From the human T2T-CHM13v2.0 reference genome, Homo sapiens: a stretch of 64,000 nt of DNA. Within the stretch, counting starts at the first letter, position 1; each line of letters opens with the position of its first letter. The notes under the pieces are model-generated. The model was not told the DNA's origin. It made no database searches and worked only from the letters and a program-made list of their open reading frames with translations. Below, one piece after another: positions 44,869-62,799 of this stretch. A program made the translations under genes and the position numbers. Location of the stretch: NCBI RefSeq assembly GCF_009914755.1, contig NC_060930.1. One strand, given 5' to 3'.

Positions 44869-47800
44869 AATGGTCTATATTTCTTTAGCTATTTTCCTAC
44901 TCTTGGACATTATGTGTATGTCTATTTTTTCTTATACATAGTACTGTAATGTATATATTTACATCTAAATATTTGTACGTACTTTCTTAACCTTAGTATA
45001 AACTCCCAGAAGTGCAAATAATATAGATGTTTTATGGCATTTGTTTTAGGATTTTTCACAGCTACTTGTACCCAAAATGCTTGAATCAGTCTAGGGCTGC
45101 AATATATTAAAAGTGCAGATAGATATGAATCTGTAGAAATCTCTAATATATTAATACAAATTGGTGTTTACATGGATTCCCTTTTCAGTAGCATGGGCTG
45201 GAAGGCCACTGTATACCTATAACTAAAATGTCTAGTGCCATCATTTCCTGCAAAATAATTTGTTGTATTTCTTCTCAGATTCCTTGCTCCTGCATGGTCT
45301 TCAGCTACTGTTGAAAACAGATTACTGTAGAACTAAAACAAAAAAAGGAAAAATGTTAATGCACTGGTTTATGGCATTTAAGAAAATAGGAACTAGGCTG
45401 TCGTACAGTTGACAAACATTGGTAAAGTTGTACTATCCCTTTGGAAGAATCCGTAGTGGGCCCAGTCCTTTCAGTGATTGGATACTTCTAGTAGGAACTA
45501 CCATTTATTCAGTAACCCTATGCCCTCGTCACCAATCTAGGCATGTTTTGTACATTCCGCCGAAGGCTCCTGCCAACTTTGTGAGGTGGGTATTATCACC
45601 ACGTCATAGATTTAAAAATGAGGCTTAGTGAGGATTTGAAACATTCCCTACTTTCACAGCTGCTGGTTGTCTAGAAGTCAGAAGAATGCAAGCCGCCTGA
45701 GACCACTGCAGTTGTTTTGTGCACAGGTGTCTCTCCCGCACTAGGTCAGTGCTTGAGATGTAGTAGGATCTCAAGAAATATTTGTTCAATGCTGAATAAT
45801 GAATTGAAAGGTGGAATTTGAATCAAAGTCATTTTGAACTTGAAGCTCTTTCTACCAGGCAGGTGTCAATTTCTTTAGTTTTAGTGTTTCACTGAGAGAT
45901 TGTGAGATTTGTCCCTATGTGATGTGCTTGTTCAGTGCTGGATGTCCCTTTTCCTGATTTTCATGTGACTAGTTATGTAAAGGGCTTCACATCAAGTTTC
46001 ACTGCAGTTTCAGAGGATCTTCTTCAGATAAATCTAGCGTAACTAAAATGATACTGAGTGCATAAGAGACCAAGCATGCATGAACAACTGCTTGAGTGGA
46101 CTTAGGAACTTTTTTTAGAAGAGATTCTAACTTCTGCTTTGAGCTTTTGTAATGCTCCAAAGTTCTTCAGGAATGTGTTGTCTTTGAATCTCCCTTTGAA
46201 TATCTTGTAGAAGTTTCTTGGCACTGGATTTACTCAATAGGATCGAATCCCCATCCTCCAGCAAACGAAATCCCGTGAAGACTCCCAGCACCAGGCTGGT
46301 CTGAATCCTCACAGTTCTTTTTCAGAAAGCATGCAACTTTGGTCAAAGATCAGAGGACTGATAGGCAATGTAGTCAGCTGATTCATTTCAAATGGCACTT
46401 TCATACCGTCTGACACATTGGAATACCACATCCAGCAATCTACCATTTCCTAAACAAAATTTTGTGTGTATATTTGTTGTAGGTATCTTTTATGTAATGC
46501 AGACACAATGTCACTTAACAAACTGACTCTGTCAGCTTAGATGAGGAAAATTAGGGGATTTATGGTTTCTCCCCATTTATGTTTAATTAAATCACAGCTT
46601 GCTGATGTTCAGCTTAACGATTATTTGTTGAATGTTTACTTTGTGCAAGGCACCATGCTAGATGTGGAAAACACAGGGTTGAATAAATAAATCCATGCCT
46701 CTCGGGAACTCACAGTCTAGTCAGAGACAGACAAATCTTATGGAGCATGGTAAGAGCTGCAGTAACTAGGGGTGAGGGAAGACCTAGAGAAACATGGTGC
46801 TAGCATCTCCTCGGTGAGGAGGGTCTAGCAAGTCCAAGGCCTCATTTCCCACCGGACTCATAACATAGCCTTCCACAATGATCCCAAGGGATCGTTCTGG
46901 GATTATTAAATCCAGTCCTGTCACTTTCATATTTCAGCGCCTGAACACACTCCACTGACCGCCCGCAGGCTGCCTCAGGACCCATTTGTTCCCTCCCTTT
47001 TCCCTCCAGCCCCTTCCCTTCCCACTCCTACCTGCCTCCTTTACACTCTGCCTGCCTAGGTTCAAATCTTGCTGTGGATGCTTATCAACCCCCGGTCCTT
47101 GGCAAGTTACTAACCTCTGTAGCTCACCTTCCTTAAACTGTGTTAATCGTAATCTGTCTTGTGATGTTATAGTTTGGATTAAATGATTTAATATAAAACT
47201 CTTAGAAAAGTGCCCGGCACGTAGGAATTACTAGAGAAGTGACAGCCATGATTGTTGTTGTTATTTTCTCCTTCCCAGGCTGGTGTTGTCTTTCCTACCT
47301 CTGTGGCTTTGCATGAAGCACCATGGCGTATATATGGTCACCACTATGTCATTTCTTAGGTTGCTTCTAACTATGTCATATCTTTATCATCAGCCTATGG
47401 CATCATTCCAGAGTTGTTGTTGCCTTTATTAGATTTATAAACTCTGACATTAGGACTTCACCGCAAATTATTTTTTTTTTTTGTATTTCCCCACAGAATC
47501 TAAATACATTGCATCTTGCAGATACTCAAACCTTTGTTTACTGACAGAGGGAGAGGTCCCTTTTTCTCCAAATCTCTCTTTGTAAAGCCTTTTGAAACCC
47601 TTTTCTTCTTTTCTGCTCTCCACTGTGTTGTTAGTATGTTAGCATTTTTTACATGTTTCTACTGAAGTCCATTGCAATCATTCGTTCTAATGCTTCCCCC
47701 GGCCAACTTCCTTTGTTTCTCTGTAAGGGTAGGAGTTGTTTTATTTGTATCTCTGGTCTTTAGTACAGGGACTGCACATTGTGGACACTCGTATTTCAAT

Positions 47801-49182
47801 GAATGCCTGATACAGAAAGAATAATACACATGATATTAATGCCATTGTATTTGAGGGAATTGGTGAGGGAAAAAAATTTTTTTTTTAGTATTTCTTTTGA
47901 CTCACTAAATGTCTAAGAACTAATGATTTAGTTAACTAAAGAAGCAGGAAACTCCAAATATTCCAAAAACTTTGCTTTTACTTTCTGTCTCCCAGTTTCT
48001 TGTTTTCTAAGATAAGATGTATTTCTATGGTTTCTTAGAAAATATTAAAATTTGAAAAATACCTAAATTGTTATGGAGATTAAAATGGATGGTAGATTAT
48101 GATATTGATGAGTTAAACTGCTTTGACAGGAAAATTCAAACTAAATTAGGTTTCACAGCTCTGAAAATTATTGAAGGGGAATTTCCTACTAAAAATCATT
48201 CTGATTAGGTGTTTTGTAACAAAGTAGTAGATATTCTAAATTTCATCTTTTATGGATGTGACTGTCAATGAGAAATGATCATTTCTATTGTCATACTTTT
48301 GTTTCAGTTCTATGCTATGCCTCATCTTATAAAAGGTAAATCAAGAACTTCTTTTTAATAATGAAGAGGTGATTTTTAAAAGTCAGCATGTGTCTTCAGC
48401 TACTTAACAAGAGGATAAAGAGCTATATATAAACCATGTGTATTTTAAACCAATGGTTACCATTTAAATGCTTGCTTACCACCTAGTCTTTCCATAGTAG
48501 TTTTCCTGTCCATCTAGTTCTTCTACTCATATACTCATATCCAATTTGTCCTGCCCCTTTCAGCCATTCCACCCATGCCTTAATTCTCTTATCCCCTTTT
48601 GTATTCTGTTTTCCCCACCTTTCCCTCTCCCAGGGCATGTCGTCTTTTTTTTTTTTTTTCCCCCATTTTCCCACTTCCACTCTTAGAATTTCAGGCCATT
48701 CAAGTTTGTTATATTCCATGATTTCAGATTAAGCTGGGCTCCCAGAGCTGGAGGGTCTTTTTACTCTTCCCTCGTTGACAGTCTTTGTTGTCGCCACTGG
48801 TTTGTTGCCATCTTTCACATGGGATGCCCTAAGCCCTCTCTATTCCTTCCACACTCCCACCCAGATGCTTCTTACTTGGCCAAGAAGATTGAAGAGGTTC
48901 CTCATCAGCTGTTTCTAGCTTCCTGTTGCTATACCTTAGTTTGTTTTGTGTGTGTATGTGGTGTTTTTGTGTGTGTGTGTATATCTTCCTCTCAGCCTTC
49001 TGACATGCCTATCTCTGAGCCTAACCCTCTGAGAGTATTTTATTGTATAAGTAAAATATGACTTGTTCAACCAGCTTCCTTAAAATGAGCTTAGGTTGTT
49101 CCTAGTTTTTTTGTTCATTTGTTTTATGAATACAGTTTTGAAATAAACACCTTGGACAACTATTTTGGCCACTTGTGAGAGT

Positions 49183-50721
<1,539 letters not shown>

Positions 50722-52548
50722 GTTTGTGATGTTTTTGATAGATATTTTTAGAGATTATCTTTCCATATAGTTGTGTCAGTTTACACCACCATCAGAAGTT
50801 TAGGAGAATCCATTACTATTCTCTTCTGATACCTTGTTCTGCTTATTTGCCCTTGTTGACTTGCTCAAGCTCTTCCTCTGATACCTCCTTATTTTAAGGA
50901 ATATACACACACACACAAAGAAAAACACATGTTTTTGCATCCTTAAAGAAGGCTAACCTTTTGCTTTCTTTGCAAAAACTCTTCCTTTCTTTTATCCATT
51001 TTATTTTGAAGTAAGTAAGACCTGCTGCCTCACTTTCCTTACCATTCACTTCCTCTTAAGTCTTTGCAGTCACTTGACAGTAGGCACCTCGAGAGCAGAG
51101 GTCATGTCTGTTTTATTACTGAATGTCCAGTACATAGTCAGTACTCAATACTCTTCATCTGAAGGAATGAATTCTTATAAAAGCCTCCACCAACCATCTA
51201 CTTGGTCCTATTCACCCATTCCTCCTGTCTCTATTATCTCTTCACCTTAGCTTTCCGGAAATACTACACCATCTTTCCATACCTCCACCCATTGTCCATT
51301 CCCGTTTGCATTTTCTTGGTTTCAGCTAAGATAGGCTGTTCATTATTTATCTGCCACCTTCCATGTGCCTGCCTTCCTGGAACCCTTCTTTATGCTGCCC
51401 TTTCTCCTAGAAGTTTGCTGTGTTCTGTCCTCTCTTTCCTTCCTCCAGTTCCACCTGGCAACATCACGCCATCATTTCCCCCCCATTCAGAGCCATGCCA
51501 AAAGCTTGCTCTAGGAAACTCTTTCTGATCTCCCTCTCCCTAACCACCCCAACCTTTCTCCTTCTTTAAACAACTGTAGAACTTTGCAGGCGGTTTGTAG
51601 GGCCTACCAAATATGGGCCACTGATGTGCTGTTTTTAACTTCTCCTACCCAAGTAGAAACCCCTTGAGCTATCTCTTATTTTTTCCTTCAGTGTATAACA
51701 GTCTTTGCGCATCATTGGTACTCAATTAATATTTTATTGAGGTGCCCTGTAATCTGACATTCCAGGGAGCTTTCAAGGAAACTTTGTCACACTAAAAAAA
51801 ATTGAGGATTGTTTTGTGGGTTATTCTGCTCCTTTGTCTTCTAACTCACAGAAGTTCTGTCATGGTTCTTAGGGGTTGTAGGGTGTGTCCACTTATTTTA
51901 AAATGTCAAAGACCAGAAGAGTGGAGAATGGGAAAGTGGCAAAGTGTTAGCACTGGAAAGATGTTTAGAGATCACGTAGTCCAACCCTTAAATTTTATAG
52001 ATGAATAAACTGATATCTAGAAAGCTTAAGTGACCTGCCTGAAATCACACAACTAGTTTGTGGTAACACTTGGTCCAGGAGGTTGTCAGCTGACCCTCTT
52101 CAGGGCTCGTTCCCACAAGGTACCACAGTACATGTGAGGATGTTAGGTTTGGGTTTGTGTAGAACTGTTAAAAGAGGCATATAATATTCCACATATTGCC
52201 TTTAATGGATTAATACATAGGAAATCCAGACTCTGTAAATAGTTTTCTCTCTCTTTCCCTTAATAATTATAATTTTTATGACTAATTCATTTATACTAAC
52301 TAGGAGAGTTTCTAATTACATTAACATTGGATGGTATAGAATGGTTGGTTGACATTTGAGTAAACTTTTTATTAAAGTATAAAATACAGAAATGTATACA
52401 AATCACAAGTGTATAGTTGGAATTTTCAAAAAGTGAACACATCTACGTGACTAGCCCCAGACTGGAAAAAAGAACAGCACCAAAAAGTTTAGAAACATTT
52501 AAAGCAATAAAACATTTGGAGAAATAAAAGGATTTTAAAACTATATAA

Positions 52549-52720
52549 GGCCAGGCCTAGTGGCTCTTGCCTATAATCCCCCCACTTTGGGAGGCTGAGG
52601 CAGGAGGATCCCTTGATGCCAGGATTTCGAGGTTACAGTGAACTATGATCATGCCACTGTACCCTAGCCTGGGTAACAGAGTAAGACACTATCTCTAAAA
52701 ATAAAAAATAAGATAAAATA
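52549..52720 (+). mobile_element. Alu monomer (FRAM-like) just upstream of exon 2
   Basis: ggccaggcctagtggctc...gaggttacagtgaactatgatcatgccactgtaccctagcctggg + A-rich tail. Confidence 0.85.
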
Positions 52721-52744
52721 TTTTTTAAAAAAGAAACCATGTAA

Positions 52745-52843
<99 letters not shown>

Positions 52844-52846
52844 TAG

Positions 52847-52847
<1 letters not shown>

Positions 52848-52887
<40 letters not shown>

Positions 52888-52889
52888 TG
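52848..52889. repeat. (TG)n at +10 of intron 2
   Basis: (TG)16 followed by TATGTGTGTG. Confidence 0.95.
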
Positions 52890-54944
52890 CACAGCCTTAT
52901 TAAGAATGTGATTGAGGTAAACATTATCTCCTATTCCTATGGGTACTCCATAGATATTGTCAATTCAACGCTGGCTTGAGCCTTTTTCCTGAAGTTCTTG
53001 TATTATATTAGTCATATAAAGTTCTACTTACAAAACATGGCCGGGGGTTCTGATGCTGTTGTCCTGGAGCCCATGCTCCCTGACTTCCTCCAGGGACTCA
53101 GAGGACATTCTTTACTGCTCTTTTACCCTAAGGAGTTAGTTGCTGAAGCAACCCTGTAGGTTACTAGGTGACAGTTACCATCCCTGGGCAACCAGAAACC
53201 TGTCAGTATGTGCTCTTAAGGTTCTAAAATTGCAGACATTGGTTGTTTCAAAGCCACAATGATATTTTTTTAAACTTCTAGATATATTTTTCTTTCCATC
53301 AATTGCAGAAATCTATCCAGCATTGACAAGATTATAATAAATAATTAAACTGGATCACAGTAAATCGTAGTGGTTATTATCTTGTCTTTGAGGTAGTTCC
53401 CCCCCCATCCCCTCGCAATAAAATCATTGATGGTCATTCTAGAGAATTCAGCTTTGAAAATTGAACAGGTTCTTCTGTTTGGCTATTCTGTGATTGTAAT
53501 ATTAATTATTTAAAAAATTTTTAGTGATTATTAAGCTATCATGTACTGTTGAAAAGTAGTAATTTTATGTATCAGTAAACTATTCAGAACACATGTATCT
53601 AAGTTTAACTGAAGTAAACAGTTACAGACTTTAGTGTTTACCTATGTCATCTTTTAGCATGAAGTGATTCACTCCTGAGTTGACACATACAAATTAAAAA
53701 TGAAAAATAACAATTTTAATCCAAGCCCAACATAGTATGCATCATATTTTTAAAAATTATTAGGTGCATATTAATGAGCTCCAAGTAATAGCTATTATTC
53801 CAATAGACTTCCCTGACCCCCACTCCAGGTCAGGAAAGTTCGTATTTCTGACACTAGAAATTATTATTGTTACTTCATCTTCTTAAAATTGCCTGATTTC
53901 CCAGTGTCAAATGAGAGGTAAATTCCATGGCAGTGTCTTTTTGGGTCAGAACACCATTAAAGTCAAGAACTAAGATTATTTCTTTTTTGTTGTTGTTGGA
54001 TGTCCCTTATTTTCCATGTGTTCCTTTTTTTCTTTTTTTCTCATTGTCCTAATTTTCTAGCTCTCCAGTGAAACCTGGCTTATTCAAGGTATCTAGTAAT
54101 GAACTTCAACAGTAAAAAACTGTCATGAAAAGTACTTTCCTCCCATGTCTACCATTTATTCATTTAGCAAAAATGTGCTAATCTCAACTATATGGCATGC
54201 ACCTGGCTGGGTTTTAGGGATACAGTATGCTGGGCAAAGCCAGATGTGGTCTTGGTTTGCCGTCTAACTGGGATATTAACCAAATAACCTAGTTACGTGT
54301 GGAATTAAGTAATTGAGGGGAAGGACAAGGTTTTATATGAGCTTAAAAAAATGGAAATCAGGCCTAGCTGGGGAGTTAGGAAAGCTTTTTAGAGGGAGCC
54401 AGTCTGGATCTAAAGGTGAAATGGGTGTTTCAGGTCAGGGAGGGAAGAGCTATGCCAGGGAGCATGTTCTGAACAAACCCACTACTTCTTTACACCAGGA
54501 TTGAGAGTGAGGCAGGCTAGGTAATCTTTTCCTTTCTAAAATATTCTTAACCACTTCTAAAAAAAATTTTTCCCACATTTTGAAATTTTAGGGAACCCCA
54601 TGCCTGCTTAAGCCAACTTTTTCATAGCACAAAGTATTCAGAACAAGCCTTTATTCTGACTTTTATTTTATCACACCATGGTTATTTAAGTCTTATCAGA
54701 CCCAGTAACGTTTGTAATAATAATCATTAAAAAGTTATCTTTCTTTCCTACATCAGGAGATAAAAATCACAAACCAGGCACATAAGGTTACTTTCTGTTT
54801 GTATCACTTTTTGTGTGTATTTGTGAAAAGATTTTTGCCTTACTTTATTACCCCATCTGTATTTTCTAAAGTAGTATTTGAACCTAGTGTACACCTAACT
54901 TAGTTGTATTCGTTGATGTTTACTTTGAATTATATAATGATTAG

Positions 54945-55130
<186 letters not shown>

Positions 55131-55551
55131 TAGGAAAAGATCAAGGAAAGTTCTGTGTCTTTCAGGTATGTGATTTACCTAATTCATTTGAATTTTTTTT
55201 AGTTTAGCATACATACACGTTTTGACATTAGCTTTTATATTTTCTTTCAACAGTTCCTTAAGAGAAAAAAATTTACAGAATTTCTCTGTTAAACATTTTA
55301 TGGATAGCAGAACTTTGTCTATTTTTAATGTATGCTGAAAGCCTTTGTAATCTAATTTGCATTCAAATTCTAAAAGCCTGCTTGAAATATAGAAATATTT
55401 TCATTATGGTTCTTTGACGGCAAGAGATCTTATATGTCCACCTATATTTTTCAAAATAAAACTATCAGAATATGAAAATTTTCTTAGTTAGATTTGGAAT
55501 TCTCTGCATATGACATGGAATAATTTTTAAATGAGAGAGATTTATTTATTT

Positions 55552-55810
55552 TTCATTAGTATTTATTTTTTAAAGACAGGGACTTGTTCTGTCACCCAGG
55601 CTGGAGAGCCGTTGCTCGACCATGGCTCGTTGCAACCTTGAACTCCTGGGCTCAAGAGATCCTCCTGCCTCAGCCTCCCAAGTAGCTGGAACTACAGGCT
55701 CACACCATTATGCCCAGCTAATTTTTAAAATGTTTGTAGAGATGAGGTCTCACTACATTGCCCAGGTTGATCCCAAACTCCTGGCCTCAAGCAATCCTCT
55801 CACCTTGACC
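55552..55810 (-). mobile_element. Alu (AluJ-like)
   Basis: agacagggacttgttctgtcacccaggctggag...ctcaagcaatcctc. Confidence 0.85.
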
Positions 55811-56127
55811 TGAGAGTCAGACTTAGATTAAATTTTAGCAGGTAGAAGAAGCCAGGTCTACATATGAATTGCATATGGTAAGGTGCATCTAAATTTGAAA
55901 ATGACAAAATTCTGGACTTTTAGTGAAATAATAATAATTGGTTCCTACATATTTTACCCCATTAGTTCAGAGTGGCCATGGTAGTGGCAGATTCTGTGAG
56001 TGACTAAGAGCTGTGAAATTGTTCATTGTTGCTCATGGATCATACTCAGGAAGACAGCAATTCTGTGTTCACTTTGGACATGTTGAATTTGAGACATAAA
56101 ACACATTTTGCTGATGTTTGTTTCTAG

Positions 56128-56253
56128 AACATATATGGACTTGCAACAAATTCAGGTGTGGTGAGAAAAGGTTGACCAGAAGCCTCTGTGCCTGTTCAGA
56201 TGACTGCAAGGACCAGGGCGACTGCTGCATCAACTACAGTTCTGTGTGTCAAG
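56128..56253 (+). CDS. ENPP1: ENPP1 exon 4 (somatomedin-B domain 2), Q173 allele
   Basis: [41 protein letters not shown]; tttctag acceptor, AAG|GTCAGG donor; 126 nt. Confidence 0.98.
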
Positions 56254-57160
56254 GTCAGGTGCTCGTTGGGCTCTGCAGCAGCCTGGTATCTTCCAGCGTC
56301 TTAGCGGGGCTTTACATAGGTGTTATCTTTTATATTAGGAGTCATGGCTATTGGCCAACTATATTAGCTGAAAAAAATAATTTTAAAACTTTTTATTAAA
56401 GAAACTTTTAAACATACACATGGGGAGAGAGAGTATGTAATGAACATTATACCCATCACCCAGCTTCATAATTATGATTATGTGCACACGGCCAATAATA
56501 TTTTATCTATAACCACTCATTCCCCTGCCACCACCCTCTCATGTTATTTTGATAATAGCAGCACACTTGATGTTGTATTTGTGGAAAGATCCCTCTTACA
56601 GTCCTGGCTGACTTTTATGTCCCGGCTTCCCTCCTAGTAAATGGGGACACTGTCTGCTGTGCATTGAGAGAGTCGATGTGAAATTGTTTAGAAAGATTCG
56701 AGGGCATTTTGTAAGGTGATACTATTGTGATGTCTTGTCCAGGTATTATTATTATTTTTTTTTCAAATTTCTTGACAGAACTTGACTCTATATGAGAGAG
56801 AACTAAGACACCAAAATACCAAGGATTTTGATGAGTGGATAGAAGGGGAGGGTTGTAAATTTTGGCTGAAAATATTAAGAATTTGAAAATGGAAAAGATA
56901 CCTTCAAGTTCTCACAAATACAGTAGTATGTTTTAGTCTTACAATTGTGCATCCATTTTTAATTCCTGATATCAACTAACTCTTATTTTGAAGCACAATA
57001 ATTCTCTTTATTGATTATACACCTCCAGAGTCATGTCCTGTGTTATCTATCAATCTGTTCACATACTTTGTTTTTGGAATCTGTCTTAATGTGTCTCACA
57101 AGCATCACAATTATTATTACTGTTAAGTGTGTTCATTTTATTTTCTTGAAAATATTTTAG

Positions 57161-57221
57161 GTGAGAAAAGTTGGGTAGAAGAACCATGTGAGAGCATTAA
57201 TGAGCCACAGTGCCCAGCAGG
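57161..57221 (+). CDS. ENPP1: ENPP1 exon 5 ([20 protein letters not shown])
   Basis: attttag acceptor, AGG|GTAAGA donor; 61 nt, frame consistent with exons 4 and 6. Confidence 0.97.
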
Positions 57222-57334
57222 GTAAGATTATATTCTGAGGTATTAATTTTTTCTTTTTTAGAAGTACAGCATCATTTTTTTCTTTCCAAATTAAGATGAT
57301 AAAAATAATAAAATCACTGGTTTATTAAACATTA

Positions 57335-57559
57335 CAGGTTGAGTATCCTTTATCCAAAATGTTTGGTATGAGAACTGTTTTGGATTTTGGACTTTTTTGG
57401 ATTTTGCAATATTTGAGTTATACCAGTTTGGGCATCTCAAATCTGAAAATCCCAAATGCTCCAGTGAGCATTTCCTTTGAGCATCATGTCAGTGCTCAAA
57501 AGTTTTGGATTTTGAAGCATTTGAGATGTCAGATTTTCAGATTTGGGATGCCCAACCTG
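57335..57559. mobile_element. MER46/Tigger4a-like MITE
   Basis: TIRs CAGGTTGAGTATCC ... GGATGCCCAACCTG with TA on both sides. Confidence 0.8.
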
Positions 57560-59109
57560 TATTTTTAGCCAGATCTTGTGTTTGGCAATGGTGGAACAGA
57601 GATGATTATGGAGTTATCCCTATTCTGGAAGTTTATAGAAAAAAGAGAGGCCATGAATATTTAGTCTTTGGTATTGAAGAATGCTAGATAAAAATATTTG
57701 CATTTTCCTTTTCAGGAAGGAAGGATCTTTACTTTTATTTGGAGTTTTTAGAGCTGCTAAACTTGTAGAAAATTTAGCTTCTTTTTTTTTTTGTATTTTG
57801 GTCCATTTATACATTTTTGGGATAACAACCTATTTGTGAGAGATGATACATTTTTTTAAAATAATTCATATTTGGTTTTTTTGTCCTTCAGATATTTTGT
57901 ACAGGGTCTTCCATATATGACACCATCAAAAAGAGTATGTGTGGAATTTAAAGGGTGAAGATTTTATAAAGGTGTTAAGTGTATTTATCTTTGTTCCATT
58001 TGAGGTCTACCATCTCATACATTTGAATTACTCATCTTCAGAAATGTATTTTTACCTCTTTAAAATGATAGTTTTCCCAGACTATTAAAATTTTTAAGCT
58101 GTATTTTAGTTCATTTTGTTCATGTATGTAATTTTTGTTATATGTCTTCTTTTTTTTCTTTTGGAAGGAAAAGTACTTTTGATTTAAATAAGCAGTAGCA
58201 ACAGCAGCCAAAACTAAACCTCAACCAAATAATTTCAACAGAAGAGCCTTTTTTTAAGGAAAATTTTCATGTACGCTAAACTGTCTTTTAAATCCAAGGA
58301 ATACTGGGAATGTTAGACTTAGTGAATTTCAAATCTTTCTTTTTCTTCTAAATATTGCTTATAATTTTTCAGTTGTAATATTGAATCTTTTAGTGGAAAA
58401 CATAACCCTTTCTTTACAAGAAGATTGTAACTTAGGACACTTATTATTACACTGGATAATTTACCAGTACGTTTATGTGATGGCCCACTAACCTGCTTTT
58501 ATGATTTCTGTTGATTGAATAAAACTAGTTTTGTATGGACCGTTAAGACTATATACACTGGTTCTACAGAGTCTCTCAGTGGAGCTATGTTACAGATAGT
58601 AGCTAGTGAAAATTGTATAAAAATGTTCTCCTTGTGGGGTTGCTTTTGTGTTTGTGTGTGAGGGTAAGGTGGGAGGAGGCAGAGTTGAAAAGGCAAGGTA
58701 AGGTATTTCCTGTCAAGTTTTAAATTTACTGAGTAAACTTTCAGTGGGAAGTCTAACAGTTATCCAGTGTTATACAAGTTCCCTACCACCTACCATGTAT
58801 CACTAGATGCTGAAAAATTTCTGAGCCATGGCCGTTTTGGGGTAGCCACATGGCCATTGTCCATAGCTATTCTCGTTTGTCAAGTATATTAGCATCCTCT
58901 GTGGGTTTTGGCCTCCTTTTTGAAATTTCCACACTACACGTTAACTGTTTGTATATGTATGTATGTGTTGTTGAAACCTCATTGATCATTCCCAGCTTTG
59001 AATTATTTCTTTGTTGTTTATATATTTAAATATAGTATCTCTCAAACTTTTGTATTAAGTATTTATATCTTTTAAATATATTAAGCCTAAAAACTAAATA
59101 CAGTATATA

Positions 59110-59451
<342 letters not shown>

Positions 59452-59756
59452 CTATATGAAGTACTATTTACTGTATTAGAGTCCATATCAGAAAGTGGTG
59501 GTTCAGGAAGAATATTTATGGAAATATTATATGCTGTTGTTTTTTATTGTTTATTTTCCTGCAAATTGGGAAAACAATATTATATTTTAGTAGCAATTGG
59601 TGTAGCTTTTGGAACAGCAGGAACCATGAATGATGTTTCTGTATGGTGGCTCAAAATGATATGAATGCTTAATATATACTATGTGATGATATATATGTAT
59701 TACGAAATGATAGAGCTTGTATATAAATATAAATGCATGTAAAACGTACTTTATAA

Positions 59757-60014
<258 letters not shown>

Positions 60015-60276
60015 TAACTTCAGAGTTTACTGCTGGAATATCACCATTTCAGTGAGATTGACTAGGCAGGCAGTCTTTCTTGGAAAAGTACTGGCAGAAC
60101 CTAACTGTTTCACTAAACTTTTCTATGGCAAAGTAGTTGAACCTTGTGTAAGGCGCTTATCTTTAATAGTGTGATTACTCTGAAGCTGCCCTTCAAAAAA
60201 ATAAGTTAATATAGTTATCTTCGAATTTTAACCTTTGGCCATTTTTATATGTATTTATTCTTTCTCAGAATTTTGA

Positions 60277-60611
<335 letters not shown>

Positions 60612-61147
60612 TTATTTTACAGATATTTTATTTCAGAAATAGAATTTCAAAAACTAAAGGTATTTCTGAGATATTACGAGTACAGACATAGAATATTTGT
60701 CAGTTATTCTGTATTATCCTTTGGATTGAATTGGACTCTTCCTTTTTTTTTTTTTTTAAATCCCAATCAGGCCTTAATTAAGTGATTTTTCTATAAATTC
60801 CCCATAAAATAGTATAATGGTGTTTTCTTAATATTGATGCCAAAGTTTTAAATCACGTTAACAACCTTTAAGCAGCTACAATGTAATACTGGACTAAAAT
60901 AGATGTAAGTAAATACAATTACTTTAGCTTTTTTTCTGGAATTCTAAAATATTGCTTACCAGATTTGAGTATGTGAGGTGCTTTAAACATTAACATCACT
61001 CTTTGTAAATTCATATGTACGTCATTATGCTTGTCTTATGAAGTGCCAAAATAATTTTGGGAGAGTTTTAAAAATTTTTAGTTTTTAATTTCTACATGGA
61101 AGAAGATAGTTTTGTTTTGTTTTAATGTTTTGCATAAAAAGTCTTTA

Positions 61148-62799
<1,652 letters not shown>

